A stretch of DNA of 64,000 nucleotides. Source: a bacterium. GTDB lineage: Bacteria > RUG730. The position numbers and the translations under genes were made by a program. A model generated the notes under the pieces. The model ran no database searches, was not told the DNA's origin, and worked only from the letters and a program-made list of their open reading frames with translations. Below are positions 28,902 to 40,111 of this stretch, in pieces (positions within the stretch are counted from its first letter, which is position 1; every line of letters starts with the position of its first letter). The DNA lies in contig JAVBNQ010000003.1 of NCBI GenBank assembly GCA_031551405.1, positions 1 through 64,000 on the forward strand, given 5' to 3'.

Positions 28902-29462
28902 ATGATTTCAACAAGCGATATTTCAAATGGTTTAAACCTAAAAATAGACGATCAACTTTTTACAGTTGTTTGGTTTCAGCATCATAAGCCGGGAAAAGGC
29001 GGTGCAATGGTTCGTCTGAAACTCAAAAATTTGCGAACAGGCGCTACAACCGAAAGAACCGTGAAATCAGGCGAAAAATTTGAGGAAGTAAATTTAGATC
29101 GAAAAAAAATGCAGTTTTTATATAAAGAATCACAAAACTATATTTTTATGGACAATGAAAACTACGAGCAGACTGAAATCCAAGGAGATCAGTTGGGAGA
29201 TGGAGTAAAATTTTTGCAAGATAACATGGAAGTTGACATTTTGTTTTATGGAAGCGAAATTATGGGGATCCAATTACCTGCAACTGTGGTTTTGCAAGTG
29301 ACATATACAGAAAAAGGAATGAAAGGCGACACTGCGACGAGTGCAATGAAACCTGCTACTCTAGAAACCGGTGCAGAAATTTTAGTGCCGCTTTTTATTG
29401 AGATTGGCGACAAGCTAAAAATTGATACAAGAACAGGCGATTATGTTCAGAGGATGAATTAA
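28902..29462 (+). CDS. efp: Elongation factor P
   Basis: HHKPGKGGAMVR, KGDTA...KPATLETG...VPLFI..GD..KIDTRTG.Y. Confidence 0.97.
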   Translation: MISTSDISNGLNLKIDDQLFTVVWFQHHKPGKGGAMVRLKLKNLRTGATTERTVKSGEKFEEVNLDRKKMQFLYKESQNYIFMDNENYEQTEIQGDQLGDGVKFLQDNMEVDILFYGSEIMGIQLPATVVLQVTYTEKGMKGDTATSAMKPATLETGAEILVPLFIEIGDKLKIDTRTGDYVQRMN

Positions 29463-29555
29463 CGATTTATTTTGGCTTTCCACTCGATACTTCTGCGTAA
29501 TCTGCAAAAAAAACTAAACAAAAACCGAAAATCTTTTCATAGTTTGGTAAAAAAA

Positions 29556-30275
29556 ATGAAACGAAAAATAATAAAAATTGACAAAGAAAAATGCAATGGT
29601 TGCGGTTTATGCGCAAAAGCATGTCACGAGGGAGCAATCGGAATAGTTAATGGCAAAGCAGTTTTGCTTCGCGACGATTATTGTGATGGACTTGGAGATT
29701 GCCTGCCAGTTTGTCCAACAAACGCAATTTCATTCGAAGAAAGGGAAGCTTTGGATTACGACGAAGAAGCCGTAAAACAAAACAAAATTGCTCTCCATAA
29801 AGCGCACGATGCAAATCAAAAACTTCCGTGCGGTTGTCCTTCCTCAAATGCAAAAACTTTTGCTAGGAGCGAAACCTCATCGGGTTTGTCAACTTTAGAG
29901 CCTGCCAAAACGTACCTAAATCAGTGGCCAGTCCAAATTAAACTAGTCTCGGTAAACGCGTCCTATTTCAATAATGCGAACTTGCTTATTGCTGCAGATT
30001 GTACTGCATACGCCTACGGAAATTTTCATGACAAATTTATGAAAAATAAAATAACGATCATCGGCTGTCCAAAACTTGATGAAGTTGATTATTCCCAAAA
30101 ATTGTCGGAAATTATTAAGCAAAATAATATTAAATCTATCACGGTTGTTAGAATGGAAGTTCCTTGTTGCGGCGGAATTGTAAATGCTGTTAAGTCAGCT
30201 CTGTCGATGAGTGGAAAAATGATCCCGTGGAACATAATTACGATTTCGACATCAGGACAAATTCTTGAGGATTAA
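29556..30275 (+). CDS. 4Fe-4S dicluster ferredoxin-domain protein
   Basis: CNGCGLCAKAC, CDGLGDCLPVCP, QWPVQIKL, AADC, GCPKLD, MEVPCC. Confidence 0.88.
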   Translation: MKRKIIKIDKEKCNGCGLCAKACHEGAIGIVNGKAVLLRDDYCDGLGDCLPVCPTNAISFEEREALDYDEEAVKQNKIALHKAHDANQKLPCGCPSSNAKTFARSETSSGLSTLEPAKTYLNQWPVQIKLVSVNASYFNNANLLIAADCTAYAYGNFHDKFMKNKITIIGCPKLDEVDYSQKLSEIIKQNNIKSITVVRMEVPCCGGIVNAVKSALSMSGKMIPWNIITISTSGQILED

Positions 30276-30277
30276 GT

Positions 30278-31594
30278 ATGAATTTGAAAAAACATCTCAG
30301 GAATATATGTAAAATTTTAATATTAAACTTGTATTTGGTTATGATTTTAGGAGTGGATGTTTTTGCAGAATTACCAAACCCAAACATCATGTATCGGGAT
30401 ATAAAAGTTGTTTGTCCGGATAACTCCGTGAAATTCGATAGTTTGGTTTTGATCGATGGATTGGGTTATCTACGAGCCAAATCTATTGTCCAGTATTACA
30501 ACGCTTCAGTTGAAGACGGAGCGCTTTCGTCGACAATTCAAATAAAATTTGGTGAAACGAATATTTTGTTTTTAGATGGGAAAGATTATATTCTCATAAA
30601 CGGCAAAAAAATTGAAATTAATAAAAAAACGTTTTATATTGACAATGAATTTTATATTTCACTCGGACTTTTGATAAGTAAGGTGTTTGAGCAAAACGTG
30701 AAATATGAAACAAAATGGGATTATGCTGAATCGGTTTTGCGAATAAAAAAGCCAGGAGAAGCATATCAAAATATCGATGTGAACGAGCTGGTGAGAAGCG
30801 CGGAAAGGCAAAAAGAAAAAGCGGACCCAAATACTCTTCAAAATTCTCCGACTGTTTATCAGGTTTTGTCTTCGAATGAGTATATAAAAAAAGCAAAACA
30901 AAAACGTATTAATTTAGTAGTCGTTGACGCCGGGCACGGTGGAAAAGACCCTGGCGCAGTTTCAAAAAATAGGACAAAAGAAAAGGATATAAATTTGGCA
31001 GTTGCGAAAAAATTGACAGAAATTTTGAAAACTGAATATGGTCGAAAAGTCATAATGACTAGAGAAGACGATACGTTTATTCCGCTTAGGGAAAGATCCG
31101 CGATTGCGAACAAAAATAATGCAGATATGTTTATCAGTATTCACGCTAACGCTGCTCCAAACGCTAAAGAACGCCGCGGTTTTGAAATTTATATTCTGTC
31201 TGAAATAGCATCGGATTCAGAGGCTGAAGAAGTTGCGCAACTTGAGAACGCAGCAGTCAGCTACGAAGAGAATAATTCGAATGATTTAAATACGATTCTT
31301 TGGTCTATGGTAATAAATGGATTTATCAATGAATCGTCGACATTTTGTTATTTCGTAAGCTCAAACATTGATTCGACTTTTTCGAGCTATAAAAATTACG
31401 AAAATCGCGGTGTCAAACAAGCAGGATTTAGAGTCTTGAAAGGCGCAAAAATGCCGGCAGCTTTGGTCGAGCTTGGATATGTGACGCACAGAGACGATTT
31501 GGCACTTTTGTTGAACGAGGATTTTCAATGGAAAATGGCAGAACTTATTGCAAAATCTATTTCTGACTATGAGAACTCTCTCGATGGAAAATAA
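30278..31594 (+). CDS. N-acetylmuramoyl-L-alanine amidase (Amidase_3)
   Basis: Signal peptide; VVDAGHGGKDPGA, EKDINL, FISIHAN, PAALVELGY. Confidence 0.92.
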   Translation: MNLKKHLRNICKILILNLYLVMILGVDVFAELPNPNIMYRDIKVVCPDNSVKFDSLVLIDGLGYLRAKSIVQYYNASVEDGALSSTIQIKFGETNILFLDGKDYILINGKKIEINKKTFYIDNEFYISLGLLISKVFEQNVKYETKWDYAESVLRIKKPGEAYQNIDVNELVRSAERQKEKADPNTLQNSPTVYQVLSSNEYIKKAKQKRINLVVVDAGHGGKDPGAVSKNRTKEKDINLAVAKKLTEILKTEYGRKVIMTREDDTFIPLRERSAIANKNNADMFISIHANAAPNAKERRGFEIYILSEIASDSEAEEVAQLENAAVSYEENNSNDLNTILWSMVINGFINESSTFCYFVSSNIDSTFSSYKNYENRGVKQAGFRVLKGAKMPAALVELGYVTHRDDLALLLNEDFQWKMAELIAKSISDYENSLDGK

Positions 31595-32414
31595 AACAAA
31601 TCAAGCAATTGGGATTTTTGACTCCGGAATCGGAGGATTGACAGTCGCAAAAGAAATTATGGCTGAGCTTCCGAGTGAAAATATCGTTTATTTTGGTGAT
31701 ACGGCCAGAGTCCCCTACGGCAACAAATCTCGCGAAACTATCCAAAAATTTTCCCTCCAAATCGCTAATTTTCTTTTAACGAAAAACATAAAAATTTTAG
31801 TCGTGGCTTGCAATACAGCTTCGTCGTTCGCGCTAGAGTTTTTAAAGCAAAACCTGAAAATTCCGGTAATTGGGGTAATTGAACCTGGAGCAGCAGCAGC
31901 CATGAAAATTTCGAAAAATTTTAATATTGGCGTGATCGGAACCAAAGGCACGATCCAAAGTTTGTCTTATCAAAATTATCTAAAATCACGTGACGAGAAC
32001 GTGAAAGTTTTTGCAAAAGCTTGCCCACTTTTTGTGCCGTTAGTTGAGGAAGGATGGACTGAAAATGAAATCAGTAGCAAAATTGCCGAGGAATATTTGC
32101 GGGATTTACGAGATAGCAAGATTGACACCTTGATTTTGGGATGTACGCATTATCCGATTTTGAAAAACGTGATTGCAAAAATTATGGGCTCAAACGTGAA
32201 TATAGTCGATTCTGCTCGTGAAACTGCAGCTGCGACTAAACGTGAGATAAAAAAACTTGAAAGTTTGAATGCAGAAATAGCGCAAGCAACCGACAGTAAA
32301 CAATATCGCTTTTTTGTTAGCGACGACAAAGAGAAGTTCGAGGAGTTTGCGACAAAATTTTTTAACTCCACTATTTCCGGGAAACATAAAACTTATTTGC
32401 ATACTTGGCAATAG
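31584..32414 (+). CDS. murI: Glutamate racemase
   Basis: IGIFDSGIGGLTV, GDTARVPYG, VACNTAS, LGCTHYP. Confidence 0.97.
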   Translation: MENKTNQAIGIFDSGIGGLTVAKEIMAELPSENIVYFGDTARVPYGNKSRETIQKFSLQIANFLLTKNIKILVVACNTASSFALEFLKQNLKIPVIGVIEPGAAAAMKISKNFNIGVIGTKGTIQSLSYQNYLKSRDENVKVFAKACPLFVPLVEEGWTENEISSKIAEEYLRDLRDSKIDTLILGCTHYPILKNVIAKIMGSNVNIVDSARETAAATKREIKKLESLNAEIAQATDSKQYRFFVSDDKEKFEEFATKFFNSTISGKHKTYLHTWQ

Positions 32415-32571
32415 CTGAGAGTCACTAAAATAAAAAGCTTTTTCGCTAAAAACAGCTAGTTTTAACAGCTTTTTATTGAAAAATAATGTAAAGTTTTAAA
32501 ATTGGAATCTAAAAATTTGTGATTTTGACGAGTAGCGAAATAACAAAAAAATTTTTTAACAAAATAAAAAA

Positions 32572-32927
32572 AGGATAAATAGATAGTCGCTCTAAAAATT
32601 AAATTTTGGAGAGGAAAGTCCGAACTCCGAACAGCAAGATGCTCGCTAACTGCGAGAATTATGCGATTGCGTAATATGGAAAGTGTAACAGAAAATACAC
32701 GGCTTGCAACGAGAATTTGCGAGTAAAGGTGAAAAAGTGAGGTAAGAGCTCACTGGTTATTTTAGCGATAAAGTAGCCTGACAAACCCCATCTGGAGCAA
32801 GACCAAGTAAAAGGCGAGAGATAGCTGGTCTCGATATTAGCCTAGGGTAGGTCGCATGTTAAAAACATTGCTTTTTTGAGCAAAGATAAATGACTATCAA
32901 ATACAAAATTCGGCTTATTTTTATCCT
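32572..32927 (+). ncRNA. rnpB: RNase P RNA
   Basis: GAGGAAAGTCCGAACTCC, GAAAGTGTAACAGAAA, GGTAAGAGC, AAACCCCA..GGAGCAAG, ACAAAATTCGGCTTAT conserved blocks; P1 helix AGGATAAA/TTTATCCT. Confidence 0.95.
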
Positions 32928-32933
32928 GATTTT

Positions 32934-33007
32934 GCCCTCGTAGCTCAGCTGGATAGAGCAACGGTTTCCTAAACCGTAGGCCGTGCGTTCGAATCGCGCC
33001 GAGGGCG
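32934..33007 (+). tRNA. trnR: tRNA-Arg(CCT)
   Basis: Acceptor GCCCTCG/CGAGGGC, anticodon arm ACGGT-TTCCTAA-ACCGT, T loop GTTCGAATC; no encoded CCA. Confidence 0.96.
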
Positions 33008-33038
33008 TATTTTAAAATCTAAAAAGAGCGAGGATTTT

Positions 33039-34145
33039 ATGTCACTTAATTACAAAAAAGCGATTTTAATGTTAGAAGATGGATCAATTTTTGATTGCAA
33101 ATCTTTTGCAGCGGATGGTGAGATTTTAGGTGAAATCGTTTTCAATACGAGCATGTGCGGCTATCAAGAAGTTTTGACAGATCCGTCGTATAGAGAGCAA
33201 ATCGTCATGTTTACGTATCCTCTTATCGGGAATTACGGCGTGAATGAAAAAGATTTCGAGTCCAAAACCATTTTTCTTAAAGGAATCGTTGTAAAAGAAT
33301 ACGTCGACAACTACAGCAATTTTCAAGCAACCATGAGTTTGCGAGAATTTTTGCTCAAAAATAATATTATTGGAATTTGCGATCTTGATACTCGAGCGAT
33401 TACGAAGAAAATTCGATCTCAAGGCGCAATGAAAGCAATAGTTTCAACTCAAAATTTTGATGCGAAAAGTTTGGGAGTAAAATTAGCTGAATATCAATGT
33501 TTGAATGGGAAAAATTTAGTTAATGAAGTCAGCTCGCAAGAGCCTTATATTTGGAATAGAACTAACGAAAAGCGTGATAGAATCGTCGTGATGGATTTTG
33601 GGATAAAGTACAACATTTTGAGGCATTTAGATGAACTTGGCTATGAAGTTTACGTTGTTCCCGGCTGGACAAAAGCTGACGAGATTTTGGCGCTAAACCC
33701 GGTCGGAATCATGCTATCAAACGGACCTGGAGATCCGAGCCTTCTTACAGAAATCATAGGTGAAATCAAAAAACTTTTGGGCAAAAAACCGGTTTTTGGG
33801 ATTTGTTTGGGGCATCAATTGATCGCGCTGGCTCTCGGCGCCAAAGCCTATAAACTTAAGTTTGGGCATCATGGAGCAAATCATCCAGTAAAAAATCTCG
33901 AAACGAACAAAATCGAAATCACGTCGCAAAATCATGGCTATTGTATTGACGAAAAAACATTGGATAAGAATGAAATAGAAATAACTCACATTAATTTATA
34001 CGACGGAACTTTGGAAGGTTTTAGAAGTAAAAAGCAGAAATTTTTTACGGTTCAATATCATCCTGAGGCTTGTCCCGGACCAAATGACTCGAGATATTTA
34101 TTTCAAAATTTTGAAGATTTGATAAAAAATTCAATTAACTCGTAA
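33039..34145 (+). CDS. carA: Carbamoyl-phosphate synthase small subunit
   Basis: GEIVFNTSM.GYQE.LTDPSY, SNGPGDP, GICLGHQ, FGHHGANHP, QYHPEA.PGP. Confidence 0.97.
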   Translation: MSLNYKKAILMLEDGSIFDCKSFAADGEILGEIVFNTSMCGYQEVLTDPSYREQIVMFTYPLIGNYGVNEKDFESKTIFLKGIVVKEYVDNYSNFQATMSLREFLLKNNIIGICDLDTRAITKKIRSQGAMKAIVSTQNFDAKSLGVKLAEYQCLNGKNLVNEVSSQEPYIWNRTNEKRDRIVVMDFGIKYNILRHLDELGYEVYVVPGWTKADEILALNPVGIMLSNGPGDPSLLTEIIGEIKKLLGKKPVFGICLGHQLIALALGAKAYKLKFGHHGANHPVKNLETNKIEITSQNHGYCIDEKTLDKNEIEITHINLYDGTLEGFRSKKQKFFTVQYHPEACPGPNDSRYLFQNFEDLIKNSINS

Positions 34146-34202
34146 ATTTACGAAATTTTCCAACGATTTTTATTTTTATTTTCTACCAAAAAGGAAATCA
34201 AA

Positions 34203-35621
34203 ATGTTCAATCATAAAATCGAAGAAGAATGCGGCGTTTTTGGGGTTTTTAATCATCCTGATGCCTCCCAAATTACTTATCTCGGCTTATACTCGCTTCA
34301 GCATCGAGGACAAGAAAGCGCAGGAATTGCTGTCTCAGATGGACAAAAAATTAAAAATTATAGAAAAATGGGTCTAGTTTCTGACATTTTTAGGGAAAAA
34401 GTTCTGTCAGAATTACGAGGAAATTCCGCGATAGGGCATGTTCGATATTCGACTTTTGGCTCGTCAGTTGAGCGTAATGCGCAGCCGTTTTCGGTTTATT
34501 ACGCAAAAGGCCCGATTGCTGTATCTCACAATGGAAATATTACGAATGCATTTGAGCTGAGGCAAGAGATTGAAAAACAAGGCTCTATATTTCAAACGAC
34601 TCTTGACAGCGAGATTTTGGTCCATCTTTTGGCTCGAGAACAAGATGATAATTTCGAGCAAAATTTAATTAATTCGTTAAAAAGACTGCAAGGCTCGTAT
34701 TCGTTTTTGATCTTGACTCAAGACAAATTGATTGCTGCTCGAGATCCTTGGGGATTTAGGCCGCTTTCGCTTGGTAAACTAGGCGGAAGTTATCTTTTGT
34801 CGTCGGAAACTTGCGCGTTTGATTTGCTTAACGCTGAATTTGTGCGAGATATTGAGCCAGGCGAATTGTTGACTATCGACGCGACAGGACTAAAGAGTCA
34901 AATATTTGATAAAGCCAAAAAACATCAGCATTGTATTTTTGAATATGTTTATTTTGCTCGTCCTGACAGCGTGGTTTTTGGGCGTTCGGTGCAAGCAGTT
35001 CGAAAGCAGCTCGGACGAGAGCTCGCGAAAGAGTGTCCAGTCGACGCTGATATTGTGATTCCGGTACCTGATTCTGGAATTTATGCAGCTCTCGGATATG
35101 CCGAGTATTCGAAAATTCCGTTTGATATGGGTTTTGTGCGAAATCACTACGTTGGTCGAACTTTTATAAAACCGACGCAAAGCGACAGAAATTTTGCAGT
35201 AAAAGTAAAATTGAATCCTGTAAAAGAAATTTTGCAAGGAAAAAGAGTTGTTGTCGTAGATGATTCAATTGTGCGAGGAACAACGAGTAAAATGCGAATA
35301 GACGCACTCAAAGCTGCCGGAGCTAAGGAAATACATTTTAGAATAAGCTCGCCTCCAGTCATAGATTCGTGTTTTTTTGGGATTGATACACCAGAAAGAG
35401 ATAAATTGATCGCTTCAACGCATAGCGTCGATGAGATTGCGAAATATTTGGGAGTTGACAGTTTGGCATATGTTAGTTCAGAAGGTATGCAAAATGCTGT
35501 CGGCGACGGTCATAATTTTTGCCTCGCTTGTTTTAATGGAGAATATCCGTTCGAGATACAAGTTGCTCGTAGAGACAAACTTTTTTTGGATAACTCAACT
35601 CAGATAGATTTCAAATTTTAA
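34203..35621 (+). CDS. purF: Amidophosphoribosyltransferase
   Basis: EECGVFG, LQHRGQE, GHVRYST, CIFEYVYFARPDS, VDDSIVRGTT. Confidence 0.97.
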   Translation: MFNHKIEEECGVFGVFNHPDASQITYLGLYSLQHRGQESAGIAVSDGQKIKNYRKMGLVSDIFREKVLSELRGNSAIGHVRYSTFGSSVERNAQPFSVYYAKGPIAVSHNGNITNAFELRQEIEKQGSIFQTTLDSEILVHLLAREQDDNFEQNLINSLKRLQGSYSFLILTQDKLIAARDPWGFRPLSLGKLGGSYLLSSETCAFDLLNAEFVRDIEPGELLTIDATGLKSQIFDKAKKHQHCIFEYVYFARPDSVVFGRSVQAVRKQLGRELAKECPVDADIVIPVPDSGIYAALGYAEYSKIPFDMGFVRNHYVGRTFIKPTQSDRNFAVKVKLNPVKEILQGKRVVVVDDSIVRGTTSKMRIDALKAAGAKEIHFRISSPPVIDSCFFGIDTPERDKLIASTHSVDEIAKYLGVDSLAYVSSEGMQNAVGDGHNFCLACFNGEYPFEIQVARRDKLFLDNSTQIDFKF

Positions 35622-35766
35622 GATTTTGTAAGATTTTTTGTTTCGTATAGAATAACAAAAAGTTTTTATGAGCTTTTTTATGTATTTCGCTGTAACTTTT
35701 AAATAAATTTTGAGAGAAAATTTGTATTATTAAGTCATTAAAATACATGAATTTTGTGGAGGTTTC

Positions 35767-37560
35767 GTGGATAAATTTTTTAAAAATTTAGTGCTTTGGA
35801 TATTAATTTTGGCCGGAGTTTGGATGTTGGTTCTGACTGTAAAATCTGATTCGCCGGTTAAAAATTTGAATTATTCCGACTTTAAAAGGCTTTTGAAAGA
35901 GAAAAAAATCACAAAAGCAGTTTTTAAAACTGACAGTATCAAAGGCGAATATTTAGACGGAGATAAGCTATTTCAATACAAAACTATGGCCATGAATGAT
36001 CCGACTTTGCTTCAAGAACTGGATTTTTATGGTGTTAAAGAATACAACTCTGAGCCGGATCGAAACTGGATGGGAAATTTGATTTGGTCGTTTGGTCCGA
36101 TACTTTTGCTCGCAGCGATTTGGTTTTTTATGATCCGTCAGATGAGCGCCGGTAATAAGACTGCGATGAGCTTCGGAAAATCCAAGGCAAAAGACGAAAG
36201 CAATAAAAAAATTACGTTTGATGATGTTGCTGGATGCGACGAATCAAAAGAAGAATTGCAAGAAATTATAGAATTTTTGAAAGATCCGAAAAAATTCCAA
36301 AGGCTCGGCGGCAAAATCCCAAAAGGCGTGCTTTTGTACGGAGCGCCCGGGACAGGAAAAACTTTGCTCGCAAAAGCTGTAGCCGGAGAAGCCGGAGTAC
36401 CGTTTTTTAGCTCGAGCGGGTCTGAGTTCGTGGAAATGTTTGTCGGAGTGGGGGCGTCTAGAGTTCGGGATCTTTTCGATAAAGGAAAACAGAATGCGCC
36501 GTGTCTATTATTTATAGATGAGATTGATGCGGTTGGAAGGCATAGATTTGCAGGAATCGGTGGCGGTCACGATGAACGAGAGCAAACGTTGAATCAGCTT
36601 TTAGTCGAGATGGATGGATTTAATACAAAAGAAGGCGTGATTTTGATCGCAGCTACGAATAGACCAGACGTCCTTGATCCTGCGCTGCTTCGTCCGGGGC
36701 GATTTGATCGGCAAATTTCCGTTTCTGCACCGGATCTAAAAGGCCGCGAGGAAATTTTGAAAGTTCATACTCAAAAAATCAAGTTGGATTCTGAGGTTGA
36801 TTTAATGATTATTGCCAGAAGAACACCGGGTTTTGTAGGCGCGGATTTAGCTAATCTTTGCAACGAAGCTGCGCTTTTGGCGGCAAGAAGAAACAAAGAT
36901 GCCGTCACTATGCTCGAAATGGAAGAAGCGATTGAGAGAGTTATAGCCGGGCCTGAGAAAAAAAGCCGCATGATGTCTGAAAAAGAACGAAAAATAATTG
37001 CGTTTCACGAGGCAGGTCACGCTATGGTTGCGAAAAGTATTGAAGGCGCTGATCCTGTTCATAAAGTTTCGATTGTTCCGAGAGGACCGGCTTTGGGGTA
37101 TACGCTGCAGCTGCCGCTCGAGGATAAATATTTAACGACTAAAAAAGAATTGAATGCAAAGCTAGCGATTTTGATGGGCGGAAGAGCTGCAGAAATTGCA
37201 TTTTTTGATGAGGCTACAACTGGTGCGCAAAATGACTTGCATAGAGCCACGGAGATCGCAAATAGAATCGTGTGTGAGTTTGGTATGAGCGATAGTTTAG
37301 GAAATTTGACTTATGGTAAGGGCGAATCCGAGGTTTTTTTAGGACGAGATATTTCTAAAGAGCGTAGTTATAGCAATGAAACGCTGAAACTCATTGACGA
37401 AGAAGTAAAAAAATTAGTGGACGAGGCTTTCAAGAATGCCATGAAAATTATGAAAACTAATAAAGACAGAATCCAAAAACTCGTGGAGGTGTTGCTAAAA
37501 AAAGAGTTGGTAAGCGCTGAAGAATTAGACCAAATAATTTCTGAAACAAAGGAAAATTGA
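35767..37560 (+). CDS. ftsH: ATP-dependent zinc metalloprotease FtsH
   Basis: Two TM segments, [36 protein letters not shown]. Confidence 0.98.
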   Translation: MDKFFKNLVLWILILAGVWMLVLTVKSDSPVKNLNYSDFKRLLKEKKITKAVFKTDSIKGEYLDGDKLFQYKTMAMNDPTLLQELDFYGVKEYNSEPDRNWMGNLIWSFGPILLLAAIWFFMIRQMSAGNKTAMSFGKSKAKDESNKKITFDDVAGCDESKEELQEIIEFLKDPKKFQRLGGKIPKGVLLYGAPGTGKTLLAKAVAGEAGVPFFSSSGSEFVEMFVGVGASRVRDLFDKGKQNAPCLLFIDEIDAVGRHRFAGIGGGHDEREQTLNQLLVEMDGFNTKEGVILIAATNRPDVLDPALLRPGRFDRQISVSAPDLKGREEILKVHTQKIKLDSEVDLMIIARRTPGFVGADLANLCNEAALLAARRNKDAVTMLEMEEAIERVIAGPEKKSRMMSEKERKIIAFHEAGHAMVAKSIEGADPVHKVSIVPRGPALGYTLQLPLEDKYLTTKKELNAKLAILMGGRAAEIAFFDEATTGAQNDLHRATEIANRIVCEFGMSDSLGNLTYGKGESEVFLGRDISKERSYSNETLKLIDEEVKKLVDEAFKNAMKIMKTNKDRIQKLVEVLLKKELVSAEELDQIISETKEN

Positions 37561-37571
37561 GAGAAAAATTT

Positions 37572-38141
37572 ATGAAAAAAATCGATTCTGAGGCTATAAA
37601 AAAAGCTGTAAAACAAATCATAGTTGCTGTTGGCGAGAATCCGGAGCGCGAAGGCTTAAAAGATACTCCGGATAGAGTTGCGAGGATGTATGCTGAGTTT
37701 TGCGAGGGTTATTTTCAGGATCCGAAAAAAGTCTTGAAAGTTTTTTATGAGGAAGAAAATTACGAGGAAATCGTGCTTGTCAAGGATATTCCAATTTATT
37801 CACTTTGCGAACATCATTTGGTGCCATTTTTTGGGAAAGCGCATGTGGCTTATATTCCTCGTAAAAGTCGAGTCACCGGGCTTTCAAAGATTGCGAGGAT
37901 TGTGGACGTTTTTGCGAGAAGACTGCAGCTGCAGGAGCGGCTCACAAAACAAGTTGCAGACAAAATTGACGAGCTTGTCAAGCCGATTGGAGTGATGGTT
38001 GTTATAGAAGCAGAACATTTATGCATGACGATGCGTGGCGTCAAAAAAGCCGGTTCAAAAACTGTGACGTCGAGTATGAAAGGAGTTTTTTTGAAGGACC
38101 CTAAAACTCGAGCCGAAGCTCTCTCGCTCATCAAAAGTTGA
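37572..38141 (+). CDS. folE: GTP cyclohydrolase I
   Basis: [44 protein letters not shown]. Confidence 0.97.
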   Translation: MKKIDSEAIKKAVKQIIVAVGENPEREGLKDTPDRVARMYAEFCEGYFQDPKKVLKVFYEEENYEEIVLVKDIPIYSLCEHHLVPFFGKAHVAYIPRKSRVTGLSKIARIVDVFARRLQLQERLTKQVADKIDELVKPIGVMVVIEAEHLCMTMRGVKKAGSKTVTSSMKGVFLKDPKTRAEALSLIKS

Positions 38142-38143
38142 AA

Positions 38144-38680
38144 ATGAAGCGAAAAATTAATATTTTACTTGTTTTTTTGTTTTTTGCGTTTATTTTGATT
38201 TCTTTTCACTTTAAATTCACGCCTGGAATTAAAATATCAAAAGACTTTTTTAAATTTTCAACACCAATTTTTAAATTTATGCCTATGATTTTTATATTGC
38301 TCGGACTTTTTGATGTGTGGGTAAAACGCGAGATTGTTGAAAAACATTTGGGCGAAGAATCCGGGCTGAAGGGTTATTTCTGGGCTATAATTTTGTCAAG
38401 CACAACTGTAGGCGGACTTTATGTTTGCTTTCCTATTGTTTATTCTCTGTTCAAAAAAGGCGCAAGACTGGCAGTAATTTTTACTTACGTCGGCTGTTCC
38501 GGGCTTTGCAGAGTGATAATGACTAGTTATGAAGCCACGTTTATGGGTTTAAAATTCACGCTAATCAGACTTATTTTTTCATTGCCATTGGTCATTTTGG
38601 CTTCTATGTTTTTAGAAAAATTGTTAAAAAATAAAAATTACGAAATCACTGAGCCTTCGCACGATAAAACTATGCAATAG
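38144..38680 (+). CDS. Small predicted permease (DUF318/ArsP-like half unit)
   Basis: Multiple TM segments; LFDVWV..EIVEKHLGEESG, GGLYVCFPI..L.KKGA. Confidence 0.65.
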   Translation: MKRKINILLVFLFFAFILISFHFKFTPGIKISKDFFKFSTPIFKFMPMIFILLGLFDVWVKREIVEKHLGEESGLKGYFWAIILSSTTVGGLYVCFPIVYSLFKKGARLAVIFTYVGCSGLCRVIMTSYEATFMGLKFTLIRLIFSLPLVILASMFLEKLLKNKNYEITEPSHDKTMQ

Positions 38681-39290
38681 CTTTTAACGCTAATTTTATG
38701 ATGTCTTCGAGTGACAAATTTTGGTTTTTATCGCATTTTTTTAATACGTCAGCAATGATTTTTTTTGCAGAAACGGCGTTGTAGCCAAGAGTTTTGAGCG
38801 CTTCGATGGCGTCGTTTTCGTGAGAAGTGATAGAACTGCAGATATTTTGGCTCAGATCGTCACTAACATTAATTCCTGAAATTTTATTTTTTAGCCCGAG
38901 AATTAACTTTTCTGCCTTTTTCTGAGTGAACCCGAACACAATATGCAATTTCTCAAGATCCTGGTTTAGTATAATATTTTTAAATTCAAGCATATTGTTG
39001 CTTATTCTCGATAAAATATCGAGCGCACCTTTTGCTCCTATCTTGTCAACGCTTTTTATGATTTCAAACAATTCCCTTTCTTCCTCACTCAAAAACCCAT
39101 ACCAAGTGCTAGTTCCGGAATACATGCTCGATGACTCAGAAATAAAGAGTTTTACTTCTTTTGCGTTTTCACTGAGAGATGACGCTGTTTGCGTCGACAC
39201 ATTTAAAGAATATCCAATTCCATTATTCACTTCTACGATGACGCTCGATATTCGCCTTTCGACTAATTTGCCTTTTATGTAATCTATCAT
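38670..39290 (-). CDS. ruvA: Holliday junction branch migration protein RuvA
   Basis: MIDYIKGKL, GIGY, YGFL..EER.LF, IG.KGAL, EAL..LGY, IIKLALK; divergent sequence. Confidence 0.9.
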   Translation of the reverse strand: MIDYIKGKLVERRISSVIVEVNNGIGYSLNVSTQTASSLSENAKEVKLFISESSSMYSGTSTWYGFLSEEERELFEIIKSVDKIGAKGALDILSRISNNMLEFKNIILNQDLEKLHIVFGFTQKKAEKLILGLKNKISGINVSDDLSQNICSSITSHENDAIEALKTLGYNAVSAKKIIADVLKKCDKNQNLSLEDIIKLALKAIA

Positions 39291-39409
39291 TTTTGCCTCA
39301 CTTTTTTTTGTTTATTTTCTAAAATTTTTTTGAATTTGTCTATTTATTTTGATATAATTTTAGAATTAAATTAATGTAGTATTTTTAAACTATTATGTAA
39401 ATTCTATTT

Positions 39410-40111
39410 ATGATAAAAGAAAGCAAAGAAATCAAAAACAAAAGTTATTTTATCACGGCAACCGACACAGATGCCGGAAAAACAGTTGTAACTGCATTAG
39501 CTTTGAATTATTTACTAAGCTGCAAAAAAAGTGTGATTTCGCAAAAATGGGTTCAAACAGGAAATGTGGAATTTTCACAGGATTTAGAATTTCACAAAAA
39601 ATTTGCAGATTTAAACTTTACAAAATCTTTGAATAAACACGTTTCTCCTTATATTTTTGAGTTTGCCGGCTCACCGCATTTCGCTGCAAAACTTGAAAAT
39701 TCTGTAATAAAAAAGAGTAAAATTATCGAAAGTTTCAAGTTTTTACAAAAAAAATTTGAGCATGTAATTGTGGAGGGAAGTGGAGGTGTGTTGACGCCGT
39801 ACGATGAAAAAAAATTTTTGATCGATATAGCGAGAGAATTGGATCTTCCTGTAATTTTAGTCGTAGCCAACAAACTTGGAAGTATAAACCATACGCTGCT
39901 TTCACTTGAATATTTGACGCAAAAAAAAATGAATGTGAAAGGCATAATTTTTAATAATTCCAAAAATTGTGACGTTAAAATTCTTGAAAATAATATAAAA
40001 ACTGTGAAAAATTTTGCAAAAAATATAACGATTTTAGGGCAAATTCCGTATTCAAAAAATAAAAAAGTATTGATAAAAAGTTTTGAAGAAATCGGTGAAA
40101 AGTTAATATGA
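39410..40111 (+). CDS. bioD: Dethiobiotin synthase
   Basis: FITATDTDAGKT, SPHFAA, VEGSGG, LGSINHTLL. Confidence 0.93.
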   Translation: MIKESKEIKNKSYFITATDTDAGKTVVTALALNYLLSCKKSVISQKWVQTGNVEFSQDLEFHKKFADLNFTKSLNKHVSPYIFEFAGSPHFAAKLENSVIKKSKIIESFKFLQKKFEHVIVEGSGGVLTPYDEKKFLIDIARELDLPVILVVANKLGSINHTLLSLEYLTQKKMNVKGIIFNNSKNCDVKILENNIKTVKNFAKNITILGQIPYSKNKKVLIKSFEEIGEKLI

